A stretch of 59,504 nucleotides of DNA, the filler included. It is 3 parts of 3 records of this genome, joined end to end, with 100 filler letters (N's around TTAATTAATTAA, not from the genome) between each part and the next. Parts side by side here need not be neighbours in the genome. Positions count along the whole stretch, not along the records: positions 1 to 19,076 come from SRR2962707_3230; 2 more parts are not named here. One strand, written 5' to 3'. Numbering within the stretch: position 1 is the first letter of the stretch; each line of letters opens with the position of its first letter. The notes below the pieces were generated by a model. The model was not told the origin of the DNA. It saw nothing but the letters and a program-made list of their open reading frames with translations, and searched no databases. Made by a program: the position numbers and the translations under genes. Shown here piece by piece: positions 1 through 11,973 of the stretch.

Positions 1-378
1 TGGGCTTTCCCAGTCATCCTCAACAAAGCGGATGTCATGCAGGTCCATGTCGACCCCAATGGCTTCGAGCGACCCAAGGTACAGTTCCTGCAAATCAGGC
101 GGCGAAGGTTTGATCAAAACTTGGTATTGATAATAATGCTGCAACCGGTTCGGGTTTTCACCATAGCGGCCATCTGTAGGACGGCGCGACGGTTGGACAT
201 AGGCCGCAGCCCAGGATTTTGTGCCCAAAGACCGGAGCGTTGTGGCTGGGTGAAAGGTCCCTGCCCCGACTTCCATGTCATACGGTTGCATAATGGCGCA
301 GCCTTTGGCGGCCCAATAAGATTGCAGACGCAGGATGATTTCCTGAAAACTGCGTGGTTTGGTCGGTTTCTGGTTCAT
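1..378 (-). CDS. glyQ: glycine--tRNA ligase alpha subunit, 5' part (truncated by window edge)
   Basis: Manual minus-strand translation from ATG at 378: [46 protein letters not shown]...[13 protein letters not shown]...[12 protein letters not shown], the GlyQ signature; absent from the ORF track. Confidence 0.95.
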   Translation of the reverse strand, partial: MNQKPTKPRSFQEIILRLQSYWAAKGCAIMQPYDMEVGAGTFHPATTLRSLGTKSWAAAYVQPSRRPTDGRYGENPNRLQHYYQYQVLIKPSPPDLQELYLGSLEAIGVDMDLHDIRFVEDDWESP

Positions 379-536
379 CTGATAGGCCCCGGACTGTGTT
401 GTTGCCTACCTATGCGGACAGCGCACAAGGGTCAATTCCACCCATCGCCATAATTTGACGTGCAAGCCGCGTCTCATCTGTTAAATATCACCGAAACGTC
501 ATTATCGATTTTTGAAAAGTCAGGGTACGAACTCGT

Positions 537-2318
537 ATGAACAAGGGACTGATCACACTATTAGCGGCCATATTCTTCATGGCCCGCGCTGCATTTGCGC
601 AAGACATCACGTATATCCAAATCGAAGCTCAGCCTGGCTTGAACCGGGCTGAACAACGGGCCCGCGACTATTCGGCGGTGTTACAGGATGTGAACGGATT
701 TTCTCTGGGTGCGGGCTGGTACGGCATTGCGCTGGGGCCTTACAGCCGTGATGACGCCGTTCGCTATATGCGTGAGCTGCGCAATGCCGGCGCGATCCCC
801 AACGACAGTTACATTGCAGGTCTGAGCGAATACCAAAGCCAGTTCTGGCCAATTGGCGCGACACTCCCAACTGTAAATGCACCTACACCTGTGATTCCTG
901 ATCCCGAACCTGAACCGGTTCTCCAATCTCAGGAACCTGTTCAGGCAGTAATCGTCCCTCAACCAGAGCCCGAACCTGTCGTGCCTCAAGTTGAACCAGA
1001 TGAAACACCCCGCGAAGCACAACGCAGCGAAGCGCGTCTTAACCGGGATGAGCGCAAAGACCTGCAAATCGCGTTGAAATGGGCAGGTTTTTACAATGCG
1101 GCAATCGATGGCGCCTTTGGACGCGGCACCCGTCGTTCTATGGGCGACTGGCAAGACGCCAACGGGTTCGAGGTCACCGGCGTTTTGACCACCCGCCAAC
1201 GGACGGAACTTTTGCGGCAGTATAACTCTGTTCTGGATGGCATGGATTTACGGCTCGTCAATGAAAACCGTGCGGGCATCTCAATGCAGTTGCCCATGGG
1301 GGTCGTTGCGTTTGACAAATACGAAGCCCCGTTTGTGCATTTCAAATCGACGGGCAACCCGGGCGCCAAGGTTTTGTTGATCAGCCAGCCCGGAGATCAA
1401 AACACGATGTTCGGCCTGTATGAAATCATGCAGACGTTGGAAATTGTTCCGCTTGAAGGACCAAGAGAGCGGAAACGCAACAGCTTTACCCTGACGGGCG
1501 AAAACGCAAAAATCGTTTCCTTTACAGAGGTTAAGCTTGACGGTGGCAAACTCAAAGGCTTTACCCTGATCTGGCCCGCTGGCGACGAAGAGCGCCGTAC
1601 CCGTGTGCTCGACATTATGCGCGAAAGCTTTGCCACCACCAGCGCGGTTCTGGATCCGGCGGCAATGACCGATGGCGGGCAAACCATTGATCTTGTGTCG
1701 GGCTTGCAAATCCGCAAGCCGCGCCTGTCTCGTTCTGGCTTTTATGTTTCACGGTCGGGAAGCGTCGTCACCGCCCTTGAGGCCGTTCAAAACTGCGGAC
1801 GCATCACGTTGGATGAACTCTATGAGGCGACGATCAGTACAACAGATCAGGAGGCTGGCATTGCACTTCTACGCCCGAGCACCTCGCTCGCTCCGATGAA
1901 CGTGGCCGCCTTCTCGTCGGTGCCACCGCGTCTCACATCAGAGGTGGCGGTTGCCGGTTATTCTTACGAAGGCATGCTGGGTGCTCCAACACTGACTTAT
2001 GGCACCATCGCTGACAATCGCGGCTTGCAGGGCGAAACCAATTTGGCGCGTCTGACGCTTGCCTCTCTGCCTGGGGATGTTGGCGGGCCCGTACTCGACA
2101 CAACTGGTGCTGTGATCGGCATGCTGTTGCCGCGTCAGAACAATGGCCGTGTGTTGCCTCAGGATGTGAGCTTCTCGACCAATGCGGACACGATCCGCTC
2201 CTTGCTCCGTTCGGCCGGTGCCGATAGCAACAACGCCAACTCCAATGGTGCCAAAGCCCCAGAAGACCTCATCAATCTCGCGTCCGGGATGACCGTGTTG
2301 GTCAGTTGCTGGGAATAA
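537..2318 (+). CDS. secreted serine protease with SPOR-like and peptidoglycan-binding domains (trypsin-like C-terminus)
   Basis: Signal peptide, Pro/Glu linker, PG-binding motif LQIALKWAGFYNAAIDGAFGRGTR, trypsin-like SGFYVS...PGDVGGPVLD; the usual catalytic Ser of GxSGG appears replaced by V. Confidence 0.8.
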   Translation: MNKGLITLLAAIFFMARAAFAQDITYIQIEAQPGLNRAEQRARDYSAVLQDVNGFSLGAGWYGIALGPYSRDDAVRYMRELRNAGAIPNDSYIAGLSEYQSQFWPIGATLPTVNAPTPVIPDPEPEPVLQSQEPVQAVIVPQPEPEPVVPQVEPDETPREAQRSEARLNRDERKDLQIALKWAGFYNAAIDGAFGRGTRRSMGDWQDANGFEVTGVLTTRQRTELLRQYNSVLDGMDLRLVNENRAGISMQLPMGVVAFDKYEAPFVHFKSTGNPGAKVLLISQPGDQNTMFGLYEIMQTLEIVPLEGPRERKRNSFTLTGENAKIVSFTEVKLDGGKLKGFTLIWPAGDEERRTRVLDIMRESFATTSAVLDPAAMTDGGQTIDLVSGLQIRKPRLSRSGFYVSRSGSVVTALEAVQNCGRITLDELYEATISTTDQEAGIALLRPSTSLAPMNVAAFSSVPPRLTSEVAVAGYSYEGMLGAPTLTYGTIADNRGLQGETNLARLTLASLPGDVGGPVLDTTGAVIGMLLPRQNNGRVLPQDVSFSTNADTIRSLLRSAGADSNNANSNGAKAPEDLINLASGMTVLVSCWE

Positions 2319-2340
2319 TCATTTTCACCACGGACAAAGA

Positions 2341-2371
2341 AAAAGAGCGCCCCAACAGGCGCTCTTTTTTT
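2341..2371. terminator. bidirectional intrinsic terminator
   Basis: AAAAGAGCGCC-ccaaca-GGCGCTCTTTT hairpin with A and T tracts between convergent genes. Confidence 0.8.
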
Positions 2372-2474
2372 GCACCCCGACTACAACTAGAGGCGAGCGC
2401 GAAGCGCATGGGCGTGCGAGGGCTCGGGTGGCGTGGGTGGGAGGCCCGAGCCCGCCCATTTCACCAGTCCAAGA

Positions 2475-4649
2475 TTATTCTTCGGTGTGAGTCAGCTGCG
2501 GAACGTCTGCCGCTCCGGCAGATCCCCGCCCGCTCAGCGACGGGTTCTCCATAAAGAACCGGTGGCAATTAAAGGCAAACTCGCCTTCCTTAACCACATC
2601 TCGGACAGATTTTCCATCTGGCCCCATCACCCAGCTTTGCGCGCGATCAGCCAGATTCGCCGCCATGATCTGGCTGACAATCTGGGCTTTCACCGTTGGA
2701 TTATTGATCTCGACCAATGTTTCAACGCGTCGGTTCAGGTTTCGGCTCATCCAATCTGCTGACGAAATATAAACTCGGGCATTCGCATGCGGCAGTCCAT
2801 AACCATTGCCAAAGCAGGCAATCCGGGAATGTTCAAGAAACCGGCCAATGACCGATTTCACACGAATGTTCTCACTCAATCCCTTGATTCCAGGCCGGAC
2901 GCCACAAATACCCCGGATCACCGCGTCGATTTTCACCCCTGCCTGTGAAGCCGCGTACAAAGCATCAATGACATTTGGTTCGATCAGCGAATTCATTTTC
3001 AACCAGATCTGCGCAGGACGTCCCGCTCTGGCATGGTCTGCCTCAGCGTTGATCCGTTCAATCATCGTGGATTTCAGATCATGTGGCGAAATAGCTAGAT
3101 TTTCCAGAACCTCGGGTTTGGCGTAGCCCGACATATAGTTGAACACCTTGGTTGCATCCCGCCCAAGCGCCGGGTCACAGGTGAAAAAGCTGAGATCCGT
3201 GTAAATTTTGGCCGTGATAGGATGGTAATTGCCGGTGCCGTAATGCGTGTAGGTCACCAACCGGTCCCCCTCCCGGCGCACCACGGTGCTGATTTTGGCA
3301 TGAGTTTTCCACTCCAGAAACCCATAGACCACATGGGCTCCGGCCCGCTCCAACCGACGGGACTGGCGAATGTTGGCCGCCTCGTCAAAACGCGCCTTCA
3401 GTTCGACCAAGGCCGTCACGGATTTCCCATCTTCCGCCGCTTCGCACAAGGCTTCAACAATCGGGGAATTTCGCGAGGTCCGATAGAGCGTTTGCTTGAT
3501 AGCGACGACATCCGGATCTGCCGCGGCCTGTTTGAGAAAGCGCACGACCATATCAAATGTTTCATAAGGATGGTGCAAAAGCATATCCTTTTGGCGGATC
3601 GCGTTGAACATATCGCCATCATGATCCTGAACCCGCTCTGGGACGCGCGGTTGAAAAGGACGCCACAGCAGATCCGGGCGTTCATCCAGCACCAGTTCGC
3701 TCAGATCCGCGACACCGATCATGCCGCCGATTTCGATCACTTCTTGGTCCGTGACATGCAATTCACGCATCACGACACCCTTTAACCCCGCAGGGGCACC
3801 GGCAGAGATGGTCAGACGGACCACTTCTCCGCGACGACGTCGTTTGAGCGCCACCTCAAATTCCCGCACAAGATCTTCGGCTTCCTCTTCGACCTCAAGG
3901 TCGCTGTCGCGCAAAACCCGAAAGGCGAAATGTTCGCCTAGCGTATAGGTGGGGAACAAGCTGTCGATATGCATCAACAATAGCTCTTCGAGTGGTAAAA
4001 ACCGCCGGCGACCATCCGGGGTTGGTAAGGACACAAACCGGTCAATTTTTGCAGGGATTGGCAACAAGGCCTTCAAAGGCTTCCGGTTCCGCCCCCGGTT
4101 CAGTTCAAGCGCCAGACAAAATCCGGTGTTGGCAATAAAGGGAAACGGGTGCGCCGGATCAATCGCCAACGGCGACAAAACAGGAAAGACACGTTCGAGA
4201 AACTGCTCTTTCAGAAAAGGCCGATCAGACTCGTCGACATCGTGGCGCGAGAGGATTGTAATTCCCTGCTCTTCCATTTCCTGCTTGAGCGCCACTAGAA
4301 CATGCTGTTGGCGGTCCATCAGATTGCGGGCGTCGCCGTCGATCAACACCAATTGCTCAGCCGGGCTTAACCCATCCGCCGCTGGCGTCACGTTGCCGGA
4401 ATGGGCAAGCTCTCGTAACCCGGCAACCCGCACGGTGTAGAATTCATCCAGATTGGTTGCCGAAATCGACAAAAACCGCAAACGTTCCAGCAAGGGCACC
4501 CGTTTATTCTCGGCCTCTTCCAAGACCCGCCAATTGAAACCAAGCCAGCTCAATTCGCGGTTAAAAAACCGCTGAGGCCCAGAGATATCAAGATCCGGGA
4601 CCGAAACGGGTTCGGGAAACGGCGACATGAGAAAATTTGAGTTAGGCAT
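2475..4649 (-). CDS. ppk1: polyphosphate kinase 1
   Basis: [46 protein letters not shown] motifs. Confidence 0.97.
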   Translation of the reverse strand: MPNSNFLMSPFPEPVSVPDLDISGPQRFFNRELSWLGFNWRVLEEAENKRVPLLERLRFLSISATNLDEFYTVRVAGLRELAHSGNVTPAADGLSPAEQLVLIDGDARNLMDRQQHVLVALKQEMEEQGITILSRHDVDESDRPFLKEQFLERVFPVLSPLAIDPAHPFPFIANTGFCLALELNRGRNRKPLKALLPIPAKIDRFVSLPTPDGRRRFLPLEELLLMHIDSLFPTYTLGEHFAFRVLRDSDLEVEEEAEDLVREFEVALKRRRRGEVVRLTISAGAPAGLKGVVMRELHVTDQEVIEIGGMIGVADLSELVLDERPDLLWRPFQPRVPERVQDHDGDMFNAIRQKDMLLHHPYETFDMVVRFLKQAAADPDVVAIKQTLYRTSRNSPIVEALCEAAEDGKSVTALVELKARFDEAANIRQSRRLERAGAHVVYGFLEWKTHAKISTVVRREGDRLVTYTHYGTGNYHPITAKIYTDLSFFTCDPALGRDATKVFNYMSGYAKPEVLENLAISPHDLKSTMIERINAEADHARAGRPAQIWLKMNSLIEPNVIDALYAASQAGVKIDAVIRGICGVRPGIKGLSENIRVKSVIGRFLEHSRIACFGNGYGLPHANARVYISSADWMSRNLNRRVETLVEINNPTVKAQIVSQIMAANLADRAQSWVMGPDGKSVRDVVKEGEFAFNCHRFFMENPSLSGRGSAGAADVPQLTHTEE

Positions 4650-4709
4650 ACAGTCCTTCAGGCGGAGAAATAATTAAGATTAGTAATATGGCCGTCAAAG
4701 CGCACAGTT

Positions 4710-5390
4710 TTATGACTGCAACGCTTCCAATACTTGACCTGCCAATTTACGAGTAACCCCTTTTGGACGTGTAAGGGAGGCATCGTCAAGGGCGGACACC
4801 AGTCTACCGGCCTCAGAAAAGGACCTTGGCATTCGTTTGATCAAAAAAGGGATGACATCGGGTGCTGGTACAATCTGACGGTCCGCAAATAGCTTTGCCA
4901 GAATAGCCATGAGCAACATGTCATCCGGGTCGTCCAACTGAGTCACGGGCGTGCCCTGCATCCGACTTGCCAGATCGGGCAAACCCAAACGCCACTGTGT
5001 CGGCGCAAAACGCGCAGTGATCATCAGTGAATGCCCCTCGGCCAGCACCAAATTGTGCAGGTGGAACAAGGCGGCCTCGGCTTCGGCATTTCCGAAAATG
5101 GTGTCGATGTTTTCGACGCACACACAGCCAGAGGCTAATTTCGGAATATCCGCCCCAGCCAGGTCACAGGCCAAAATGATCTGCGCCGCACTGCTTTTGG
5201 CCCAGACATGCGCCAAATGCGTTTTGCCAGAGCCTTCGGGTCCGATCAGAACCAGTTTTCGTGATGGCCAAGTGCGCCAGGCATCCATCATCGCCACAGC
5301 CAAAGCATTGCTGCCACAAACAAAAAAGTCTTCGCGTCCCAAGGCTGGTCGCGTTGCGAAATCCAAGGGTAACGGAAATTGCTGTTTCAC
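4710..5390 (-). CDS. hdaA: DnaA regulatory inactivator Hda/HdaA
   Basis: N-terminal clamp-binding-like QFPLPL, Walker A GPEGSGKTHL, PDLASR; typical position next to ppk. Confidence 0.85.
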   Translation of the reverse strand: MKQQFPLPLDFATRPALGREDFFVCGSNALAVAMMDAWRTWPSRKLVLIGPEGSGKTHLAHVWAKSSAAQIILACDLAGADIPKLASGCVCVENIDTIFGNAEAEAALFHLHNLVLAEGHSLMITARFAPTQWRLGLPDLASRMQGTPVTQLDDPDDMLLMAILAKLFADRQIVPAPDVIPFLIKRMPRSFSEAGRLVSALDDASLTRPKGVTRKLAGQVLEALQS

Positions 5391-6454
5391 TTTTCATCCT
5401 CAGAAGAAAGGCCACGATACAATCGCCCTCCCTTATATTCGAGAACAAAGAACCGGGTCAAAACCCCCAGCGCCGCCGCCACCGGGACGGCGACCAGCAT
5501 GCCAACAAATCCGAACAGTCCGCCAAACACAGATAAGGCCAGGATAAGCCAGACGGGATGCAATCCTACGGATGAGCCGACAAGGCGCGGTGTCAAAACA
5601 TTGCCCTCAATCAACTGGCCAATCTGGAAGATCACGGCAACGGCGACGATCCACCACCACTCGCCCCAAAACTGGAACAAGGCCAAACCGATCGCCAGTG
5701 CACCACCGACAATCGCTCCGACATAAGGTATGAACGTCAGCAAGCCTGCGACAACTCCGACAACCAAGCCAAATTGCAACCCCACCAGCATCAGCGCAAC
5801 GGCATAGTACACTCCAAGCACAAGACACACAGTCCCCATGCCGCGTATGAACGAAGCCAGTGTTTTGTCAATTTCCTTGGCCAGACGACGGATCACCGGC
5901 GCGTGGTCCCGAGGAAGAAGATCGTCGATCTTCGCGACCATATTATCCCAGTCCAATAGCATATAGACCGAAACAACCGGTACAATGACCAGCAACAGGA
6001 CAACGTTCAACAAGGACAGTGCAGACGACAGCAAGCTGGTGAGCAATTCTCCGCCCCGCGACCTGATGGTCTCTCCGATGGCGACCAAGGACTGCCGCAC
6101 GGCGCTGGAGTCATCCATAACAGAGGGGAAACGTTCCGTAAGAAACGCCTGCAACTGCGAAAACACCTGAGGTGCTGTGTCGATAAGCTGGACGCTTTGC
6201 TGAATTAGCGTCGGCACAACCGCAAGCGCCATCACAACAAAGATCAATATCGCGCAAATCGTGATGATCGCCGTCGCCAACGCCCGACTTGCCCCCATGC
6301 GTTCCAAACGGTCCGCAACGGGATCAAGGAAATAGGCAATGGCACTGCCCAAAACAAAAGGCAGCAACACATCACCCAGATACCAGAAGATTGCGATAAA
6401 CACGAAGGTCGCAACGCCCCAATATGTTGCTTGTTCCTTGACTGGCAACGCCAT
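5387..6454 (-). CDS. AI-2E family (PerM-like) transporter
   Basis: Multiple TM helices, FIPYVG and EGNVLTPRLVG..VGLHP motifs. Confidence 0.9.
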   Translation of the reverse strand: MALPVKEQATYWGVATFVFIAIFWYLGDVLLPFVLGSAIAYFLDPVADRLERMGASRALATAIITICAILIFVVMALAVVPTLIQQSVQLIDTAPQVFSQLQAFLTERFPSVMDDSSAVRQSLVAIGETIRSRGGELLTSLLSSALSLLNVVLLLVIVPVVSVYMLLDWDNMVAKIDDLLPRDHAPVIRRLAKEIDKTLASFIRGMGTVCLVLGVYYAVALMLVGLQFGLVVGVVAGLLTFIPYVGAIVGGALAIGLALFQFWGEWWWIVAVAVIFQIGQLIEGNVLTPRLVGSSVGLHPVWLILALSVFGGLFGFVGMLVAVPVAAALGVLTRFFVLEYKGGRLYRGLSSEDEK

Positions 6455-6659
6455 GTAAAATCCTTTTGTCGGCTAAAAGTGCTTTGTCTCTAGATTGCTG
6501 TTTGTTCAGAGGCTTTCAAGCCCTGATACACATTATCAGACCTGCCATCGCACATCCAATGGGCCAGAATCGCGGTTAAAAGCGGTCCTCTCTTGCCAAG
6601 TGTTCGGTCATCCTTCAAAACGCCATGAAAGCACCGCTTGCAATGCAAAAGGATCCCCG

Positions 6660-8006
6660 ATGCGCCTTAGCCGCTATTTCTTGCCCGTTCTGAAAGAAAC
6701 CCCTTCCGAGGCCCAGATCGTCAGCCACCGCCTTATGTTGCGGGCTGGTATGATCAAACAAGCCTCTGCGGGCATTTATTCCTGGCTGCCGATGGGCTTT
6801 AAAGTCCTGCGCAAACTGGAAAACATCGTGCATGAAGAGCAAGCGCGCGCAGGTCACATCCCAATGCTGATGCCGACGCTGCAATCTGCAGATCTTTGGC
6901 GTGAATCTGGCCGCTATGACGGTTACGGAGAAGAGATGCTGCGAATGCAGGATCGCCATGGCCGTGACATGCTGTTTTCACCAACAGCCGAAGAAATGTT
7001 CACCGATGTGTTCCGCAGCAATGTCAGCTCGTACAAAGATCTGCCGCTGACCCTGTATCAAATCCAGTGGAAATTCCGCGACGAAATCCGCCCTCGGTTC
7101 GGCGTGATGCGTGGACGTGAATTCCTGATGAAAGACGGCTACAACTTTGACCTCACGAAAGAGGACGCGTTGCACGCCTATAACCGCCATCTGGTCACCT
7201 ATCTGCGCACCTATGAGCGTATGGGTCTACAAGCCATTCCAATGCGCGCCGATTCTGGTCCGATTGGCGGCGACTATACCCATGAATTCCTTGTATTGGC
7301 CGAAACCGGCGAATCCGAAGTCTTTTATGACAGCGAGATCACGGATCTGACCTTTGGCGACCGCGCGATTGACTTTGACGACAAAGAACAGTGCCAGGCG
7401 GTTCTTGAGGAGTTCACCTCACGTTATGCCCGGACTGATGAAACCCATGACGCGGCTTTGTTTGATGCGATCCCCGAAGAGCGCCGCCGCGTGGCCCGTG
7501 GCATCGAAGTCGGTCAGATCTTCTATTTCGGCACGCAATATTCCGAAGCACTCGGTGCGACGGTCGCGGATGGCGACGGCGGCAAGGTTCCGGTTCACAT
7601 GGGCAGCCACGGCATTGGCGTCAGCCGCCTTTTGGGCGCGATCATTGAAGCCAGCCATGATGACAAGGGCATTATCTGGCCCGAGGGCGTCACACCGTTC
7701 GATTGCGGCATCGTTAACCTCAAGCAAGGCGATGAGGCGGCAGACGCGGCCTGTGAAGCCTTGTACAGCAGCCTGACAGCGCTCGGCCTTGACCCGCTTT
7801 ACGACGACCGCAAGGAACGTGCCGGTGGGAAATTCGCAACGATGGACCTGATTGGCCTGCCTTGGCGCATCACCGTTGGCCCGCGTGGCCTCAAGAATGG
7901 TGTTGTCGAACTGACCAGCCGTCGCACCGGTGAAAGCGAAGAGCTGCCACCAGAGCAGGCCATCGCCAAAATCGCCGCGATCTACGGCAAAGTCAGCGCC
8001 GCATAA
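6660..8006 (+). CDS. proS: proline--tRNA ligase
   Basis: MRLSRYFLP start at 6660, [30 protein letters not shown] motifs. Confidence 0.97.
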   Translation: MRLSRYFLPVLKETPSEAQIVSHRLMLRAGMIKQASAGIYSWLPMGFKVLRKLENIVHEEQARAGHIPMLMPTLQSADLWRESGRYDGYGEEMLRMQDRHGRDMLFSPTAEEMFTDVFRSNVSSYKDLPLTLYQIQWKFRDEIRPRFGVMRGREFLMKDGYNFDLTKEDALHAYNRHLVTYLRTYERMGLQAIPMRADSGPIGGDYTHEFLVLAETGESEVFYDSEITDLTFGDRAIDFDDKEQCQAVLEEFTSRYARTDETHDAALFDAIPEERRRVARGIEVGQIFYFGTQYSEALGATVADGDGGKVPVHMGSHGIGVSRLLGAIIEASHDDKGIIWPEGVTPFDCGIVNLKQGDEAADAACEALYSSLTALGLDPLYDDRKERAGGKFATMDLIGLPWRITVGPRGLKNGVVELTSRRTGESEELPPEQAIAKIAAIYGKVSAA

Positions 8007-8028
8007 GCGCTCGACCTTAAAAAGAAAC

Positions 8029-8061
8029 GCCCGCCCCGATTTATCGGAGGCGGGCTTTTTT
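8029..8061 (+). terminator. intrinsic terminator after proS
   Basis: GCCCGCC..CGAT-tt-ATCG..GGCGGGC hairpin followed by a T tract. Confidence 0.75.
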
Positions 8062-8116
8062 GTGCCAAGATCTTGTAGCCTGCGCCGGATTCAATAACAG
8101 CACGGTGTCCAAGACT

Positions 8117-9598
8117 TTATGGTAAGAACACCGCTGACAACCCCAGAAAGATGACGCTCGACAATGCGGCGGCGGCGGGGACAGTGATGATCCATGCGGC
8201 GATAATCGTCATGAAATGCGACCTGCGTACCAGTTTGCGACGGCGACGTTCTTGGGGGGCATAGGCTTTGACCGACTTGGTTCCTGTTTTATTACGCAAA
8301 CGGCGCTCTGAGTCCCATTCCCGGAAAAACCCGACACCAAAGACCGCCCCAACGGCGATATGGGTCGACGAGACAGGCAAGCCCAACCAGCTGGCCACAA
8401 TAACAGTGATCGCGGCAGACAGCGCCACACAATAGGCCCGCATCGGGTTTAGCTTGGTGATCTGCGAGCCGACCATTCGGATCAGCTTTGGTCCGAACAA
8501 CACCAGCCCGAACGAGATACCAATCGCCCCGATGACCATAACCCACAGCGGAATTTCAACCTTGCCGGCCACTTCTCCGAATTCTGTGGCGTGAACGATT
8601 GCGGCCAAGGGCCCCACCGCATTGGCGACATCATTGGCCCCGTGGGCAAATGAGAGCAGCGCCGCAGAAAGCACCAAGGGAACACCAAAAAGCGTTTTGA
8701 GCGATTTATTCCTGTTCGCCATCCCTTCGGATTGGCGGCGGATCAATGGCACCGACGCGCCATAGGCCAAAACCCCAAGCGCAAGGCCGATCAACAGCGC
8801 ATCACCAATGTCGATCTTGATAATCCGTTTCAGGCCTTTAAGCGCCAGATAGGCCGCAAAAGCCCCGGCCATAATGCCGATCAAAACCGGCACCCAGCGG
8901 CGAGCGGCGGCGATTTTGTCATCCTGATAGATGATCCGTGATTTGATAAACGCAAGGAACAGCGCGGCAATCACGCCGCCCAGTACCGGCGAAATGACCC
9001 AGCTGGCGGCGATTGTGCTCATCGTCGGCCAGTTCACAGCGCTCAGCCCGGCAGCCGCAATCCCTGCCCCCATGACCCCTCCGACAACCGAGTGCGTGGT
9101 CGAGACCGGTGCCCCGACCCAGGTGGCCAGGTTCACCCAAAGCGCAGAAGAAATCAGGGCGGCCATCATGGCCCAGACAAACAAATGCGGCTCTGAAACA
9201 CCTGCTGGATCAATAATCCCCTTGGAAATGGTTGATACCACATCGCCGCCTGCCAAAAGCGCACCCGCACTTTCACAAATCGCGGCAATTACAATGGCCC
9301 CGCCCAACGTCAGAGCATTTGCCCCAACCGCCGGCCCCATATTGTTTGCAACGTCATTGGCACCAATGTTGATCGCCATATACGCGCCAAAAACAGCGGC
9401 TGCGACAATCACAGCAGATGTCGTACTTCCGCTAAAGAAAATGGCTGCGCTCAGGGCGGCGAGGACGATAAACGCCAGGGCCACACCAAAACCAACCATA
9501 GGGCGCGACACAACCTGACTGGCGTATTCCAGACTGGAAATCCGGCCCAAATCTTTATCGAGAGTCGTCCAAGGTCGGTTATTTTTTTCGTTTGTCAT
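8117..9598 (-). CDS. inorganic phosphate transporter (PiT family)
   Basis: Two GANDVAN signatures and two PVS(T/S)TH motifs. Confidence 0.95.
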   Translation of the reverse strand: MTNEKNNRPWTTLDKDLGRISSLEYASQVVSRPMVGFGVALAFIVLAALSAAIFFSGSTTSAVIVAAAVFGAYMAINIGANDVANNMGPAVGANALTLGGAIVIAAICESAGALLAGGDVVSTISKGIIDPAGVSEPHLFVWAMMAALISSALWVNLATWVGAPVSTTHSVVGGVMGAGIAAAGLSAVNWPTMSTIAASWVISPVLGGVIAALFLAFIKSRIIYQDDKIAAARRWVPVLIGIMAGAFAAYLALKGLKRIIKIDIGDALLIGLALGVLAYGASVPLIRRQSEGMANRNKSLKTLFGVPLVLSAALLSFAHGANDVANAVGPLAAIVHATEFGEVAGKVEIPLWVMVIGAIGISFGLVLFGPKLIRMVGSQITKLNPMRAYCVALSAAITVIVASWLGLPVSSTHIAVGAVFGVGFFREWDSERRLRNKTGTKSVKAYAPQERRRRKLVRRSHFMTIIAAWIITVPAAAALSSVIFLGLSAVFLP

Positions 9599-9694
9599 TG
9601 GCTTTCGGAAGTCCGCTGCTTTTCAAAGTCAGGCAGACCTACAGGCCATAGGGCAACAACTCAACGTTTTATGACAAATGCATCTTTGAAGTGC

Positions 9695-10159
9695 TTAGAG
9701 CGTCGACGCATCAAAGCCTTCGAGAACAGCTTTCATATTCACACACGACAACTGACGCGCCGCCTCTTCTGGCGTTACCCATTTGCGTTGCCGACGATCC
9801 ATTTCTGGAAATTCAGCACACAAGGCCGACACTTCGATGGCATAGACTTCGACCTGACAGGGAACTTCGGCACCGGTGTCAAAACGCTTGACGGAAACTG
9901 TTTCGGCATAGGGGGAACTGTGAACCACACCTTGAACGCCCGCCTCTTCCCAAGCTTCCTGCATGGCCGTGGCCGCCCCACTGCGCCCCGGAATTGGCCA
10001 GCCTTTTGGCAAAATCCAGTTATTCTCAGAAGACGTCACCAGCAAGACCTCAACGCCCTTATCCGTCACGCGATAGCAAAGCGCCGCCATTTGCAACAAT
10101 GGGGGACGTTTCAAAAGTGGAGACAGGAAGTCCGACCAAGCGGAACGAATAAATGACAT
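9695..10159 (-). CDS. NUDIX hydrolase
   Basis: WILPKG...AMQEAWEEAG Nudix box. Confidence 0.9.
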   Translation of the reverse strand: MSFIRSAWSDFLSPLLKRPPLLQMAALCYRVTDKGVEVLLVTSSENNWILPKGWPIPGRSGAATAMQEAWEEAGVQGVVHSSPYAETVSVKRFDTGAEVPCQVEVYAIEVSALCAEFPEMDRRQRKWVTPEEAARQLSCVNMKAVLEGFDASTL

Positions 10160-10270
10160 AAAATAGGGGCCTGAATGCTCTGATTTTTATTGTGTTTTAC
10201 ATGTATATATAAAAATTGGGTGATTTGCCAGTCCACCGGTAAAATCAACCGAGAAGTGTTCAAAACTCGT

Positions 10271-10307
10271 AAAAAATGCTCGCCATGTCCGAAGATTGGC
10301 GAGCATT
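10271..10307 (-). terminator. intrinsic terminator after the DUF2125 gene
   Basis: AATGCTCGCCA / TGGCGAGCATT inverted repeat followed by a T tract on the minus strand. Confidence 0.65.
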
Positions 10308-10332
10308 GCTGAATTTTTAGGCAACAAACCGG

Positions 10333-11862
10333 TTACTTGATACGCTGACCGTTGGCCGAAATATGGCCTTGTTCGTTGATTTCAAGCTTTGACTTGAGGT
10401 TGTCTTGGCCGCCTGCTGGCACGGTGAACATGCTCATCATCATACGGGCGCCCATGGCATCGCCCTCTTCCAACAGTCCCATTTTGATCAGGTTGTCGAT
10501 CAAACCATTGGCGCCAACAACGCTTAGATCAATTGCGCCAATGGGGCGCGGTATCCCGTCGAATGTTTCCAAGTCACTGTTGTCGAAGGTAAAGCTACCT
10601 GTGCCAGAAACTTCAGCCCCTGCCGCGGAAATCGTCAGTTCACGCAGTGTCATACTGCCCAACTCTCCGACCATCTGACCAGAGGAGGCCGCCTCCATAA
10701 GTGACTTTTCATCGAATAGATCGACAAGAATTTTGGCCTGACCGACGATATCGACCGCGATTGTCGCGGGATCGCGGGACAAGACGGCAGCTGGATCAAA
10801 CATGTTCCAGATTAAGTCAGACGTGCTAAAGCCACCTAATGTCAGGCCCATTTCATAGTCTTGAAACGAGTCTGCCTTTACCAAAGGCAAGTCCACTACA
10901 AAGGAAAGTTCTTCCATTTGGGCCGAGACAGGCAACGGGATTTCCGGGCTGTTCATATCAAAACTCAGGCCGGCTGCCTTGGCATCATAGCGAACACCGG
11001 CCTGATCCATCTTAACTAAGAGCGACGCCCCGTCAGAGCTGGACTTTGCCGTCGTTACCGACCCGTCGTCCGTAAATGCAAAGGTTGAAGAGCTTCCGTC
11101 GTTAGAGAGCATGGCTTCTACGGCGATGTCAGACGACGCAAAATTTGCCAGCTGTTCGGGTGTCATCTCAAGCGGCAAAGTCGAGTCCGCTTCCATCTTG
11201 AGACCGGTCATACTACCGGACGCCAGCAAATTGCCCTCACCTTCCGGATCGTTAATCGCGACATCGTAGGTAAGCCGATCTGTCGCGTAGCTTTGAATTG
11301 AGTGGCGTGTTTCGCCCGTTCTTAAGACCGTTTGTCCGACGGTCCCTTCTGTCTGAAGGGATCCCCGTGCGACATCCGGACCGATCTCTTCTCCATCGAC
11401 AATGAGTTTACTCAGCGAAATCTCTGACGAAACAGACGTGTAATCCATGGTCAGGTCAGTCACATCCCCTGACACCAACACATCCAACCCTTGATGCGAG
11501 TAAAGAATATCCGCCTCGAAATCGATATCGTCTCTGTCGGACTCGACCTCAAAACCGAGGACAGATTGGCTTGGCAGAATAATCCGTACGGCACCATTTC
11601 CATCCGGCTCAAAGGTCAGACTTTCCACAGTCATGTCCAACACACCATCATCATCTGGGATTGGCATGCTTAGGCGGATGTCCGTCACATTCAGCGCATC
11701 GCCAACCAAAGCTTCGGTTGACGAAACGGAATAGCCGTAAGATTGCATATATTGCTTGAATTCGCCCCAAAGCTCTTGTGCTGTGATGTCCGCCGAAGCG
11801 GACTGCGCCAAAAGCAGTGTGGCTAATGCTGTCGATGTGAAAAACTTTGCTTTACTAAACAT
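10333..11862 (-). CDS. exported DUF2125-like protein
   Basis: Signal peptide, beta-rich body, C-terminal GANGLIDNLIKMGLL...GHISANGQRI typical of Rhodobacteraceae DUF2125 proteins. Confidence 0.7.
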   Translation of the reverse strand: MFSKAKFFTSTALATLLLAQSASADITAQELWGEFKQYMQSYGYSVSSTEALVGDALNVTDIRLSMPIPDDDGVLDMTVESLTFEPDGNGAVRIILPSQSVLGFEVESDRDDIDFEADILYSHQGLDVLVSGDVTDLTMDYTSVSSEISLSKLIVDGEEIGPDVARGSLQTEGTVGQTVLRTGETRHSIQSYATDRLTYDVAINDPEGEGNLLASGSMTGLKMEADSTLPLEMTPEQLANFASSDIAVEAMLSNDGSSSTFAFTDDGSVTTAKSSSDGASLLVKMDQAGVRYDAKAAGLSFDMNSPEIPLPVSAQMEELSFVVDLPLVKADSFQDYEMGLTLGGFSTSDLIWNMFDPAAVLSRDPATIAVDIVGQAKILVDLFDEKSLMEAASSGQMVGELGSMTLRELTISAAGAEVSGTGSFTFDNSDLETFDGIPRPIGAIDLSVVGANGLIDNLIKMGLLEEGDAMGARMMMSMFTVPAGGQDNLKSKLEINEQGHISANGQRIK

Positions 11863-11973
11863 TTGTCACCCTCCTAAATAATACAATAACTTCGGGTCTT
11901 ACCCATCATTGGTCAAGTAGGTGGACCAGACTTATTCCAGCCGTTACCAACGCAGTAGACCTCATAGCGAGAT

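Noticed and set aside
37-453. 138-aa plus-strand ORF
   Set aside because: Antisense to glyQ.
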